Of a stretch of 64,000 nucleotides of DNA, positions 13,050 to 26,649 are shown piece after piece (within the stretch, counting starts at the first letter, position 1; each line of letters starts with the position of its first letter). Below the pieces are notes generated by a model that was not told the origin of the DNA, searched no databases, and was given only the letters and a program-made list of their open reading frames with translations. Source of the DNA: Octopus sinensis (lineage: Eukaryota); NCBI RefSeq assembly GCF_006345805.1, contig NC_043015.1, positions 6,820,001 to 6,884,000 of the forward strand, in the 5' to 3' direction. Both the position numbers and the translations under genes were made by a program.

Positions 13050-13984
13050 TATGTATAGATATGGATATAGATAGAAAGACTAAGGCAGCGATCTGGCAGC
13101 ATCATTTGCATGCCGGACGTTTTTAGAGTCTCCTATTTTGGGAGTTTAGACGGCTTGAAGGCGTAAAGGCTCTCGATAGATCTCAACGAAAATTAGGCAT
13201 TTTCCTAGTAATTAAATATAGCAACATCTTAGCCCTCAGGCGTTTTCGATTTCTACAATATTTTATTTTCACTCCACCATTTTGTATATGTATGTTGAAT
13301 ATTTTTTTAAGGTATTTTGACTGAACCTTATATAGCTATTAGTCTGACCGATGTTTTCAAGGCAAAAATCGCTCTCAAGAATATATCCGTTTAGAAAGAC
13401 GCCTGCCATTAAAAAGCAATTTAATGTTGCTAGAATTTCATTGAGAGTTGCCAGTTCGATGTGGAATGGGTTCTTTTCTTTATATTGCCTAAAGAAGAAA
13501 TGAAGTTTATGATGGAAATATCGCTCAACGTAACGCTAATTCTATTGACGATCTCAAGAAAACTGCAAAGAGAAATGCTTATTCATAGCGTTTTGGAAAA
13601 TTCGCGGCAACATTGGAACAAACAATTAAACTAGAGGGAATAATACAGCAAATAATATTCCGCTTTCCGATTTTCTGCATATGAATATTTGCATTGTTCT
13701 GGAGGCAGTTTCAGCTAACTCCTACGCTACCCTGTGTTAACGCACCAACGTTTCCTAATTGTGTTTTGAATACGTTACTGTAGGCGCGAAGACATCATCA
13801 CATGCTTGCTTTCTTACATGAATATATCAAAGCGTCACGTGTTCTGGCTATACCAGTTGAATATATGAATGTGAGAAATATTTGAAATATCCTCTAAAGG
13901 TTATTACACTAGATATTTTCAGTCAATCTTGGAAAATTCCTAATATATTTCTTGCAATTTTTGTTTATGGAGCTATAGGTTCAC

Positions 13985-14015
13985 AAACACACACACACGT
14001 ATACGAAAAGGTATA

Positions 14016-14087
<72 letters not shown>

Positions 14088-14137
14088 TATATACATATAT
14101 ATATTTATATACATATATATATACATACAATATATAC

Positions 14138-14172
<35 letters not shown>

Positions 14173-14307
14173 CATATATATATACATACATATACATATA
14201 TATATATATACATACATACATATATATATATATTACATACATACATATATATATAATATATATACATACATACATATATATATATACATATATATACATA
14301 CATACAT

Positions 14308-14339
<32 letters not shown>

Positions 14340-14451
14340 CATATATATATATACATACATATATATAATATATACATACCTACATAATATACATATATAT
14401 ATATACATACATACATATATATACGTACATATATATACATACATACATATA

Positions 14452-14492
<41 letters not shown>

Positions 14493-14543
14493 ACATACAT
14501 ATATATATACATACATACATACATATATACATATATAATATAC

Positions 14544-14577
<34 letters not shown>

Positions 14578-14893
14578 ACATACATACATATATATATATA
14601 CATATATACATACATATATATATACATACATATATACATACATATATATATATACATATATATACATATATATATATATATACATATATATACATATATA
14701 TATACATATATATACTTATACATACATATACATATATATACATATATATATATACATATACATATATATATATATATATATATTACATACATATATATAC
14801 ATAGACATACATATACATACATATATATATATACATATAATATATATATAACATATATATAACATATATATATATATACATATATATATATAC

Positions 14894-14930
<37 letters not shown>

Positions 14931-15045
14931 TATATACATATACATATATATACATATATATATACATATATATATAGACATATATATATATAAATATATA
15001 TACAGACAGATAGATATATAGATAGATAGATAGATAGATAGATAT
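13985..15045. repeat. ~1-kb (TA)n/(TACA)n compound microsatellite plus (TAGA)n
   Basis: Directly visible. It is the source of the Y/I/M/C/V ORFs. Confidence 0.95.
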
Positions 15046-15332
15046 AATATCTATGGTCTAGAACCTCACGCTAATTATGTAGAAATTTTACAGCTCCAAT
15101 CACACAGCACGGAACGCATATTTGGTATCGAGTCTGATGAACTGACACGTGAAATACGAAAAGCTAGAAGTGAGGCGCCAACTGCAAACACCATAATCAA
15201 GTCTCGACGCATGGCATTGAGTAATGTTTACACATTCTTATCTATAAATAGTAAACTACATATACATGCATACACACAATCACAGCCACACACTCTCACA
15301 CACACACATATATATTTATAAACTTTTATGTG

Positions 15333-15634
15333 TGTGAAGGTAAGTGACCTAGTGGTTAGAGTGTTGCAATAACATTTGCTAGATTGTGAGTTCAATCCAC
15401 AGACGAGGCGGTCCGTTGCGTTCTTCAGCAAAACAAACTTCGTTTCACATTGCCCCCGCCCACTCACCTGTAAATGGATATCTTTCTGACGGAATAGTCT
15501 TTCGATCAAGGGAAATGCTGGCATGTTCGCCTACCCAACCGGGTGGCATCATTCGAAAAGCTAATTCATTGTGCAAAGAGCAGTGTGACCAGAGATGCAT
15601 AACAAAATTGGATAGCCTGGTCGATTCCATGATA
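15333..15634 (+). mobile_element. tRNA-derived CORE-type SINE with tail X
   Basis: Head GTGAAGG...GACCTAGTGGTTAGA...GAGTTCAATCC, CORE-like TTCTTCAGCAAAACAAACTTCGTTTCACATTGC...CACTCACCTGTAAATGG, and a tail shared with 24125-24222. Confidence 0.75.
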
Positions 15635-15694
15635 TATATATATAATATATATATATATATACGTATATCAGAGTTTTATTATACTCCGTTCAGA

Positions 15695-15748
<54 letters not shown>

Positions 15749-16321
15749 GATATTTACTATACCTCGTTCAGATATACATATATATATATATATATATATT
15801 ACACAACAATAATCGCAGGATGCATATATACGTGGGTATGTGTATTTGTCTATATAAATCAATATACATATATATGTGGTGGGGGTGCATAACTGACATA
15901 ATGGAATCGATATTGATGTTTCCCTATTTATCTTATTACCCTTCACGTGACATTTATTCAAAATGAAAATGTAGCGCACTAGTTTTCTTTGACGAAAGCC
16001 TTATTTCAAGTACCATTCAATAACCAAAACGTATGAAAAGTTAATAGAGATGCATCTTCAATTCGGTAACCTATATTTTCTACTCAGTCACAAAAATGCC
16101 CAAAGCATCATAGCGAACAAACAATATTCATATTTTCAACTGATTTCAACAATTCAGAGTCGTATCACAAATGCATACACACAGTGGCACATTCAAATAG
16201 ATATAGACACACACACAAACGCATATAATACACACACACACGTGTATATCTATCTATATATATATGGATAGATCGGTGTGGGCATATAGAAACAGATGTC
16301 TATATCTCTTTCTCTTTTTCT

Positions 16322-16465
16322 CTTTTACTTGTTTCAGTCATTTGACTGCGGCCATGCTGGAGCACCGCCTTTAATCGAGCAACTCGACCCCGGGACATAT
16401 TCTTTTGTAAGCCCAGTACTTATTCTATCGGTCTCTTTTGCCGAACCGCTAAGTAACGGGGACGT
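16322..16465 (-). mobile_element. Family-1 SINE, 3' module only
   Basis: TTTTACTTGTTTCAGTCATTTGACTGCGGCCATGCTGGAGCACCGCC...GCCGAACCGCTAAGTAACGGGGACGT. Confidence 0.88.
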
Positions 16466-16734
16466 GTGTATGTACATGTGTGTATGTATATGTGTGTATG
16501 TACATGAATAAAGAGGCATATAACAACACGCATAAACACACACTTACACTCACACACACATATATATGTGAGTATATATACAGAGATACGTATCTTTTCA
16601 TTATTATTTGGGCCAGTATAATTCCATTCCAAATAATCAATATTTTTATATATTTTCAGTTAACCATAATAGAATGTGCAGGAAGGAGTTAAGAGTTTCT
16701 CAACTATAGAATATAATCATAAAATCCTAAGATA

Positions 16735-16943
16735 CATACATACATATATAAGCATACATATATGCATATATGTATGCTTATATATATAAGCATACATATA
16801 TGCATATATATACACACACACATTTTATATATTATATATATATTATATATATATAAGCATATATGCATATGTATGCTTATATATAAGCATACATATGCAT
16901 ATATGTATGCTTATATATATAAGATACATATATGCATATATAT

Positions 16944-16989
<46 letters not shown>

Positions 16990-17011
16990 CAGATATATAG
17001 ATAATACACAC

Positions 17012-17043
<32 letters not shown>

Positions 17044-17075
17044 GATATATATTAAGCATATATATGCATATATAT

Positions 17076-17115
<40 letters not shown>

Positions 17116-17138
17116 AGCATACATATATGCATATATAT

Positions 17139-17192
<54 letters not shown>

Positions 17193-17298
17193 CATACATA
17201 TGCATATATATACACACACACATTTTATATATAATATATATTATATATATATTATATATAATATAAGCATACATATATGCATATATATACACACACAC

Positions 17299-17346
<48 letters not shown>

Positions 17347-17370
17347 ATATATATATATATAAAGTGCATA
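16735..17370. repeat. Microsatellite-derived minisatellite (unit AAGCATACATATATGCATATATATACACACACACATTTTA(TA)n) with palindromic units
   Basis: About 8 recognisable units and a perfect 42-bp palindrome at 16744-16785. Confidence 0.88.
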
Positions 17371-17998
17371 CATACGCACATAGAGGTACACACATAGTAT
17401 TCTAACACAAATTTTATGCCACAAAAAAACAATAATAAATAGGCCTGCCTTCATACGAATGGTGCCTTTATACTCAGCTATAGATTGTGATTAACGGAAA
17501 CTTCTGTGGTAGAAGAATTCCAACAGCTTCTTACATATTTCCCCTCATTCATTGATTATAATATGGTCACGTGGGCATTATATTCGCTGCTATTGCTTGT
17601 AAAACGTTCGTGCGTTTGTGCGTGTGTTTGTGTGTGTGTGTGCGTGTGTAATAACACAATCGTTCGTTTACCCATGTGAATACATACTTGTATACATTTG
17701 TAACGATAGATAAACAAGTAGACAGACACGTGTAGACATACACCAATGTCGAGGCGTGAAGATATAGACACCAACGAAGAGAATCAAACGCAATCACGAA
17801 CGCACTTAGGTGCATACGAGCGCACACTTAATTGCATTACTTATTAGACTGCAGATATGTGTGTGTGTTTGTGTATGTATGTATGTACGAATGGATATAT
17901 GTATGCATCCAAGTATGTATCAGTATACTTCTATATCTCCTTCAAACTCTCTCTAGTCTCTGCCTCACCCCTTCCTTTGTGTGTGTGTGTGTGTGTGA

Positions 17999-18033
<35 letters not shown>

Positions 18034-18035
<2 letters not shown>

Positions 18036-18439
18036 CGCAGGAGTGGCTATGTGGTAAGTAGCTTGCTTACTAACCACATGGTTCCGGGTTCAGTCCCACT
18101 GCGTGGCATCTTGGGCGCGTATCTTCCACTCACAAGGCTTCGGACCGACCGAAGCCTTCTGAGTGGATTTCGTAGACAGAAACTGAAATAAGCCAGTCTT
18201 ATATATGTATATGTATACGTATGTGTGTATGCGTGTTTGTGTCTGTGTTTGTCCCCCCAACATCGCTTGAAAACCGATGCTAGTGTGTTTAGGTCCCCGT
18301 AACTTAGCGGATCGGCAAAAGAGACAGATAGAATAAGTACTAGGCTTACAAAGAATAAGTCCTGGGGTCGATTAGCTCAACTAAAGGCGGTGCTCCAGCA
18401 TAGCCGCTGTCAAATGACTGAAACAAGTAAAATAGAGTA
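18034..18439 (+). mobile_element. Family-1 SINE, full length
   Basis: The GGCGCAGGAGTGGCTATGTGG head directly follows (TA)n; both modules are present. Confidence 0.92.
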
Positions 18440-18480
18440 AAGTGTATATATATTCTTTTCTTTCTTTTATTCATTCAATT

Positions 18481-18834
18481 TTTCAGTCATTTTGACTCCG
18501 GCCATGCTGGAGCACAACCTTTACTCGAACAAATAGAGCCCAGGACTTATTCTTTCTAAGCATAGTACTTATTCCATCAATGTCTTTTTGCTGAACCACT
18601 AAGTTAGGGTGACGTACACAAGCTAGCATCGGTTGTCAAGCTATGGTTGGGCAGGGGAGGACAAACACAGAAAGAAACATATTCATACATATATATACGA
18701 CTGGTTTCTTTCAGTTTCCGTTTACCAAATCCACTCACAAGGCTTTGGTCGGCCCCAGGGTATAGTAAAAGACGTTTGCCCCGGAAACATGTGGTTGGTA
18801 AGCAAGCTGCTTACCACACAGCCACTCCTGCGCC
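18481..18834 (-). mobile_element. Family-1 SINE, near full length, inverted relative to 18034-18439
   Basis: It ends in CACAGCCACTCCTGCGCC (reverse complement of the head) and lies tail-to-tail with the previous copy. Confidence 0.9.
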
Positions 18835-19149
18835 TATAATAAATACATACGTATATAAAAACATATATATATATTTCTTCTTCCAATGTCCTGTAGTGTT
18901 GCCAAAGAATTTCTGAGAATAGTATTATTCTCAGAATAGTCAATTTGTTGTAGAAGGAGATTTCAACAATTTCTGCTCAATTTAAATTTGATCACTGATA
19001 ATTTCTTCTTTATTTTTGTTATTGCCAATACCCTATGTGCATAATATATTTGCATATATATATGCTCAAGTTTAACATAGGTAATTTATACCGGTAGTAA
19101 AACAGATACTCTTATCCCTTAGACGGTCATTCCAACCGCTAACTCTACT

Positions 19150-19524
19150 AATCTTATATTATATATATATATATATTATAATATATATATATATTATATA
19201 TATGTATATGTATATATATGTATATATATGTATATGTATATATATGTTATATATATATATGTATATATATATATATTGTATATTATGTATATGTATATAT
19301 ATGTATATATATGTATATGTATATATATGTATATATATATAGTATATATATGTATATATATGTATATGTATATATAGATATATATATATATGTATATATA
19401 TGTATATATATAGATGTATATATATGTATATGTATATATATGTATATATATGTATATGTTAGATATATGTATATATTAGATATATATATATATAATATAT
19501 ATATATAAATATATATATATATAG

Positions 19525-19589
<65 letters not shown>

Positions 19590-19870
19590 TATGATATATA
19601 TATATTATGTATATATGTATTAATATTATATAAAATATATATATATTATATATATATATATGTATATATGTATATATATAATATATATATATATATATGT
19701 ATTATATATACATATATATATATATGTAGATATATACATATATATATATATATGTATATATATACATATATATATATATTATATATATATATATATATTA
19801 ATATGTTATATCTATATATTATATATGTATATAATATATATATATAATATAATATATATATGTATGTGTT
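19150..19870. repeat. (TA)n/(TATG)n microsatellite
   Basis: Directly visible. Confidence 0.95.
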
Positions 19871-19919
19871 TTATTTATTTATGTGTGCGTTTGTTTGTGT
19901 TTCTCTCTCTCTCTTGCTA

Positions 19920-20097
19920 TTGCTGACAACCGATGTTGGCTTGATTAAGACCCCGAAACTTAACGGTTCGACAAAAGAAACAGGCTGAATAAGTACTATG
20001 CTTACAAAGAATAAGTCCTGGGGTCAATTTCTTAGACAAAAGGCAGTGCTACAGCATGGCCGCAGTCAAATAACTGAAACGCGTTAAAGACTAAAAG
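19920..20097 (+). mobile_element. Family-1 SINE, 3' module
   Basis: GACAACCGATG...AATAAGTACTATGCTTACAAAGAATAAGTCCTGGGGTC...CAGCATGGCCGCAGTCAAA. Confidence 0.8.
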
Positions 20098-20143
20098 CAT
20101 ATGTATGTGCTCATGCATGTATGTATACTCACAATTATGTGTG

Positions 20144-20174
<31 letters not shown>

Positions 20175-20224
20175 ATACACACATTTGTGTATATATAGAC
20201 ACACACTTATATGTATGTGTATTT

Positions 20225-20226
20225 GC

Positions 20227-20313
<87 letters not shown>

Positions 20314-20352
20314 CATACATACATAGATACATAGATACATAGATAGATAGAT
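20225..20352. repeat. (GATA)n tetranucleotide microsatellite
   Basis: Directly visible. Confidence 0.95.
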
Positions 20353-20354
20353 AA

Positions 20355-20575
20355 ATTTCTTTACTACCCACAAGGCGCTAAAAACAGAGGGGACAAACAA
20401 GGACAGACATAGGTATTAAGTCGATTACTTCTATCCCAGTGCGTAACTGGCACTTAATTTATCGACCCTGAAAGGATGAAAGGCAAAGTCGACCTCAGCG
20501 GAATTTGAACTCAAAACGTAACGGCAGACGAAATACGGTTAGGCATTTCGCCCGGCGTGCTAACGTTTCTGCCAG
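20355..20575 (-). mobile_element. Family-2 SINE (tRNA head + Nin/Deu-domain-like core + tail A), monomer
   Basis: Reverse complement of CTGGCAGAAACGTTAGCACGCCGGGCGAAATGCC...GAGTTCAAATTCCGCTGAGGTCGACTTTGCCTTTCATCCTTTCAGGGTCGATAAATTAAGTGCC...GTGGGTAGTAAAGAAAT. Confidence 0.9.
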
Positions 20576-21846
20576 ATAGATAGATAGATAGATAGATAGA
20601 TACACATTCACAGAGAAAGCGAGAGAGTGGGAAAATGAGAGAGTGAATGAGTGAGTGATACATATATAGCCTCGTCCATCCATAGTTAGGTAATTCATGC
20701 AAATGAAAATGCATTTGCAGAGAATTCTGAATTGTTTTTTATACATATAACAGCATAATTAGATTTCTGAGCATAAAAGGATAGAACATACGACCACAAG
20801 GCATTTTCTTTGACATTGTACCGATTCAAGCTACTCAACGCCATTCTACGTACATTTTGCAAATTATGCACATATATAACTAGTAGATATATTTTCTATA
20901 TACATGTATGAGCGTAATATTAATAAAGTAACTTTATCCTAGCTGCATCACATTTTAATACAGCTCCTAAATGGAAGTAATTCGTGTTATTCACTCGAGA
21001 AAACCCGAATTCTTTATCTAGATTCTATAACCCAAAGATATACCAGAGTAGTCTTATATGAATATCATATAATTTATGCAATTTGAACGGGAAAACTTGT
21101 GCTGTTAATGTCTTTCTCAACGACATTATCATATTAAGTGAAAGGGGCATTATAAATATGCTAGAGTTGAAAATGTATCGGTGTCACGAATTGCCAAAAG
21201 CTGACACGTTCTCCTAAGACGGTGACCACTTTCATCAAAGATTTTTATGTTTATTTTTAACTTATTTTTGTTTTGTGTTTGCAGTGATATGAGATTTTCA
21301 ATTTACCTTCCGCTGGAAGAATAGTCAATGTATCGAACAAAATGCATTGTCTTATTTCTTGATATATATATATATGTGTATGTATGTATGTATATATATA
21401 TTGTTGTGTCTGGGGAAAGTTATTCTCTTTTAGTGTCTTATTATTTAACACATTCACCGCATTTCAAGTTTCTACGCATTTACTTATTTATATTTCCTAT
21501 AATTTTCGTTGCGTCTTGCAACATTTTCAATACTCGTTGCAAGACAAAACGAAAATTTTGGGAAAAATACATAAGTAACTATTTGGAAATTTTACCGGTG
21601 AGTGTGTTAAAAAAATAAGGAACTATAAGAAAATTACACTCCCCAGACACAACAAAATATGATTCGACACACGAACTCACATGAAGAATTTTGAAAACCG
21701 AATCCAAAAACGAAATATTGTTTTTCATCATCATCATTATTATTATTATTATTTAAGATCCGAGGATGAAGGCGTAGAAAGAAAGCTAGCTTCAACCAAT
21801 CTGCAGTAAATATGAAAAGCAACAATATTTCACTCTATTCAACCAG

Positions 21847-21855
21847 GTTTGCCAG
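21847..21855 (+). other. Strong splice donor (CAG|GTAAGC at 21855/21856); 9-nt microexon or 3' end of a longer exon
   Basis: tatttcactctattcaaccAG|GTTTGCCAG|GTAAGC. Alternatively the exon starts upstream and includes ATG 21811 (MKSNNISLYSTRFA). Confidence 0.25.
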
Positions 21856-21902
21856 GTAAGCGAATAATGCAAGAGTTAAGGAATTGAGTAGCTAAGATCC
21901 AG

Positions 21903-22124
21903 GCTACATATGCGAAGTATATGCCGCAGGCTATTCGTCAGGCCAAGTTCATTTTGATTAAATGAGGTTTACACAGTCGCAAGGAGGTACATGCGAACGC
22001 ATCTTATGACAATTTAAACTTCATTTAATCAAGATGCCCTTGGCCTGACCAGTAGCCTGCGGTGTAACCCTCACTTGTGTATATACTGCTTCCAATATCC
22101 CGCTCGCTATGAAGCCTATGTAGC
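21903..22124 (+). other. Foldback (MITE-like) element containing a 52-bp hairpin
   Basis: Terminal inverted GGCTACATA/TATGTAGCC (21902-21910, 22117-22125) with flanking CCAG direct repeats. Internal arms 21920-21971 and 22015-22066 pair with 44 WC, 5 G.U and 3 mismatches. Confidence 0.75.
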
Positions 22125-22157
22125 CCAGTTCTTTTCTCCTACGTTCCTTTGTGGCTT

Positions 22158-22191
<34 letters not shown>

Positions 22192-22194
22192 CAC

Positions 22195-22342
22195 ACGAGT
22201 TTCTTCTTTAAGAAGTTTCCATCTACAAAGTCCACTTATAAGGGTTTCATCGAAGGCATAGTAGAAAACATTTGCCCAAGGTGCCACGTAGTGTAACTAA
22301 AACCTGAACCATTTGGTGAGAAAGCAAACTTCTTAAGACATA
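22195..22342 (-). mobile_element. Degraded family-1 SINE, 5' module
   Basis: GTAGAAAACATTTGCCCAAGGTGCCACGTAGTG...AACC. Confidence 0.7.
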
Positions 22343-22355
22343 CTTACGGCAGCAA

Positions 22356-22405
<50 letters not shown>

Positions 22406-22827
22406 ATATATATACATATCAACAAAAAGTCGAGGTAGAAAATGCTGAAATAATTTTATAAAAAACATTTCAGTACCGGTTTCAGTCATTGAGACTTTTT
22501 CGACTGTAAGTATGGAAAACAATCTAAGAAAAATTATAAGAAAAAGTTTTTTTAAAAGAATATTTGCATAGTGTTCAAATGCAAGTGGCATTTTCCTCTT
22601 TTCTGTCTGTTTCTATCTCCCTTGTTTACTCTTGTGGGTTCGAGGTCGCGCCGACCAGAATTACTCTCATAAATTGTTTGGTCATACCGAGTTGAAAACA
22701 GATTCCCTGTTTCTTGTGGCATGTCAACGGGGTTAGGAAACGAACTTCACGAACGCGTATCTATGCCTGCATTCATGAAGCAAAATTTAACCCTTGATTT
22801 ACAATTATGTGTGTGCGCGTGCGTGCA

Positions 22828-22876
<49 letters not shown>

Positions 22877-23928
22877 TGGAAACTGCAATGCATTTAAATA
22901 TCTCACATATAATTTCCATAAAACATACAGGATTATTAAATGATATTTCAAAAATCCATTTCATTTACATAGATCAAGTACAGTAAAAATATACTAAATT
23001 ATAATAAAATTCGAAAATAAATATCGGGCATATTATTATGAAACTTTCATAAATATTAAAGAATATTGCGAAGTCCTTGAATAATATTTGTTTGTTTTGT
23101 TTTGTTTTTGTTTTTGGGAGGTTTTTTTTTTTGTTTACTTTTTGTTGTGCGTGTACCGAAATTTAATAAATTTGTATGGAATACGATTTCTTCTCTCAAG
23201 TTACAATAATTTTGATTAGTTTTGCGTAATGCCAATCCTTATTTAACGGAACATTAAGATTTAATTTTGAAGAACTTTCTTTGTATAAAGTAGGTTATAT
23301 TTTACCATAATTAATAAAATAGAAATGTAATTATGTACAAAATCGTATTATAAATTATATACATTGAAATAGAATGGTAATAATTGCATAAATACACATT
23401 GATTCGCACACACACACACCGAGACACATTCATACGCTACGCATATGCATTTATACATAAAATAAAGCAAAATAATTTTAAATGAAACACAGATGAATGA
23501 ACAGAAAGCCGATATTATTTTTCACTTAAAATCTTACGTGCTCCATCTCGATTTTCGTGGCCATGCTGGAGATCCACTAATTAATGTTACAATAACATTT
23601 TACTCTTTCTGATACACAAACACAACTATACAGTCATGCACACCCGAACATATACGCATACATTAGATATAAGCGTTGAAATATCTAAATATTATATCGG
23701 CTTAATGAACAAAACGCAGTACATGTATGGAGTCTAAACTCTTGAGTAGTTTTTCTGACAGTAACTTCGAAGCTTCGCAACTGACGGTCTTCTTGTTAGT
23801 CGTAGATAGCAAATTACTATCAAGCAAATTACAAGATATTTTGTCATATGCACAAATAGACATTATATGCAACGTATGTATATATGTCGTTGTATGGACA
23901 TGTATATATATATATATGGGGGGGGGGA

Positions 23929-24222
23929 TGGAGGCGCAATAGCCCAGTGGTTAGGGCAGCGAACACGCGGGCGTAGGATCGCGATATCGATTCCCAGACT
24001 GGGCGTTGTGAGTGTTTATTGAGCGAAAACAACTAAAGCTCCACGAAGCTCCGACAGGGGGTGGTGGCGATCCCTGCTGTACTCTCGCCACAACTTTTTT
24101 TCACTCTTTCTTCTGTTGACCTGCTCGCTTAGCCAGCGGGGTGGCGTCATCTAAAGGCTAAAACAATGCGAAGCGCATTATGACCAGCTTTGTGTAGCAA
24201 TATCTGGTCGGTCACGGTGATA
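23929..24222 (+). mobile_element. tRNA-derived SINE with family-3-like head/middle and tail X
   Basis: Head TGGAGGCGCAATAGCCCAGTGGTTAGGGCAGCG...ATCGATTCCC. The middle matches 57080-57196 (reverse) and the tail matches 15530-15634. Confidence 0.85.
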
Positions 24223-24264
24223 CATATGTATATGTAGTTGCATATATATCCAAATACATATAGT

Positions 24265-24530
24265 TACATATGATGGTTGTCTACTCCTTATACAGAGTTT
24301 GACTGCCTCCTGTACCTACACCTTAGCAGCATCATGGCATCTGATGAGGCTTTTTAAATCAGACAATGTTCTGAAAACTCACCCACGCAGATTGCGCATC
24401 CGATTTAGACCACCAAGAGCTGAAGGTAAGTTCTAAACTTTGTGCATCTGAAAATGTCTTTTGAGGCCTCCGTTGGATTTGCACACTTTCTAGCATACAC
24501 TGCAGTCAAAGGTTTGCACACATATATAGG
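24265..24530 (-). mobile_element. 3' fragment of an RTE-type LINE with two decayed C2H2 zinc fingers
   Basis: The reverse strand gives FDCSVC*KVCKSNGGLKRHFQMH and, after a frameshift, GCAIC..VFRTLSDLKSLIRCH, ending ...GGAGTAGACAACCATCAT. In-frame stops are present. Confidence 0.6.
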
Positions 24531-25736
24531 CAGAATAGTTGGTGGAAGTTCACATACATATATATATAACGGCCCGTTAAGGCATAAACAATCGCTAATT
24601 CAAGAGCTTTGTGAGGGTTAAAAATGTCCTTTATAGATTAGCTAAGATATGCACGAGTGTACCTTGTGTTCACGCTGATTTGGTTATCTACATATCATTA
24701 GACAGCAAATATTTCACAATAAAATGCCGAGATGCCTATTTGATACTACATCAACCATATTTTATGTGTCTAAAGAAAACGGCAGTGCACACATCTACAT
24801 TTTAGGTGAACAGCAGCACTCTAATTGAGGTACCAATATCATCTTTTCCAAGCAATTAATGCATGATGGATTTAAATCGCCTGTTTCATCGGTCATTTTT
24901 GTTGTGCGTTAAGAAATGAATAACGCACAGATCTGCATTTTGGATGAGATATTACATTCTATTTGAGGTACACTTGAACTCGTCTCCTAGAAGTTTAAGT
25001 AATACTGTTCTATATGTTACGTACTGTATCATAGACACGCAAAACTATCTATCTATCGATCTATCTATCTATAGATATGTGTGTCCATATGTACGTAGAA
25101 AAGTGTTTGTTATTATATATCTATGCATTACACACATACCTACATATACATGTATGAGCATATACAGGGAAATATTTAAAGTCAATATAAGCCTATCCAT
25201 TCAGACATATACATAAACGAGAGTAACTAGTGTGACACATACCATCACACATACATATTAACGATAATGTCTCAACTTTATGGCTATAAAACATTGAACC
25301 ATGCAAAATCGAAGATAGCTACGCCTGGGAATTACGTGAACGTCATGCATTTATCTAAGAAGAAAAGAAAAATCAGTCTAACATACGTCATTTTATTTTA
25401 ATTGTTACTCTACATCTGACCCGTGAACTATTAACATATTTATGTTGTTTGCCGCCTCGTCATAAAATTCGTAAGCTTAAGATAACCTTTGTGTGCTCTT
25501 TCTATTTTTAAACGTTGAACATCTTCCTCTCTCTGTATATATTCATGAATGTATAATTTAAGTTAACCAAAAGATTATCTCAACAAACAGCAACGTATAT
25601 GATGTATAACACACACATGTGTGTGTGTATGTATGTATAGGGAGCCATTGATAGATAGATAGATAGATAGATAGGTAGGTAGATAGACAGACATACACAC
25701 AGATATATATATATATATAGACAGACATACACACAG

Positions 25737-25784
<48 letters not shown>

Positions 25785-26649
25785 TATATTGAAAAGATAG
25801 AGGTGAAAAGAATATATTAATAATATGATGATAGTTTTAAAAATAATAATCATGATGATGATGATAATGTGAAGGGAAAGATGAAACAAGAAAAAACAAA
25901 GAAAGAAAGAAAGAGAGAAAGATAGAAGGAAGGAAAGAAAGAGAAGATGAGGAAAATAAAAAAACATGACTCAGATGTCGACGAATAATATTAGTAATTA
26001 CAATTTTGAGTGTTTATGGACACATACAAACACACACACACACACACACACACATAAATGCGTAATGTGGAGAGATCTTTACCTATATAGTCAGGTACTA
26101 GTATCGCGAGTGCATGTAGGTAGGTAGGTAGGTAGGTGAGTCCATATCTCTCAGTATACAATGGGAATTGTTACTTAAATATTTGTATCAGCTCTTTATT
26201 TACTGGTGGAATCTAATGTCCTCTGATAACGAAACTAAAACACCCGTTTATCAGACTGTTTGCTTTGTGGAGCTACATTAATGTATACATACAAAGGATA
26301 TAATTGCGAACGAATAACCGATAGAGAGGGAAAGTTATAATCATTTTTATATTTCATTGCTTTTCACCATATTCATTATTCAATTTTTTTTGTGGGAGGG
26401 GGGTCATTTCGGTAAGCATCGTATGAGGGTGATTTTCCTTTACAAAACTGTACTTTCCATTCTTCTACCAAGGAATTTTCTTCAAGTCTATAATTATATT
26501 TATCTTCTTTTACTGCAAATATAGACACACATATACATACATGCAAGAACGCATACATACACACACACACACATATATATGTATGTATCTATTTATACAC
26601 ACACACACACATATATACATATACATACACTATATCATTTATCTTTTAT

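Noticed and set aside
13965-14981. Long Y/I/C/M/V/H/T-rich ORFs here and at 4365, 16.7-17.5, 19.2-19.9, 47.8-48.2, 51.1-53.9 and 60.9-61.3 kb (up to 311 aa)
   Set aside because: These are translations of dinucleotide and tetranucleotide microsatellites, which lack stop codons.
15128-15170. CTGATGA...GAAA hammerhead-like spacing
   Set aside because: Stem II has only 2 bp, and no stem I or stem III pairing or NUH triplet is present.
24296-24425. Apparent + strand exon with a perfect AAG|GTAAGT donor and an open frame
   Set aside because: Better explained as the antisense of a LINE 3' end encoding two C2H2 fingers, although exonisation cannot be excluded.
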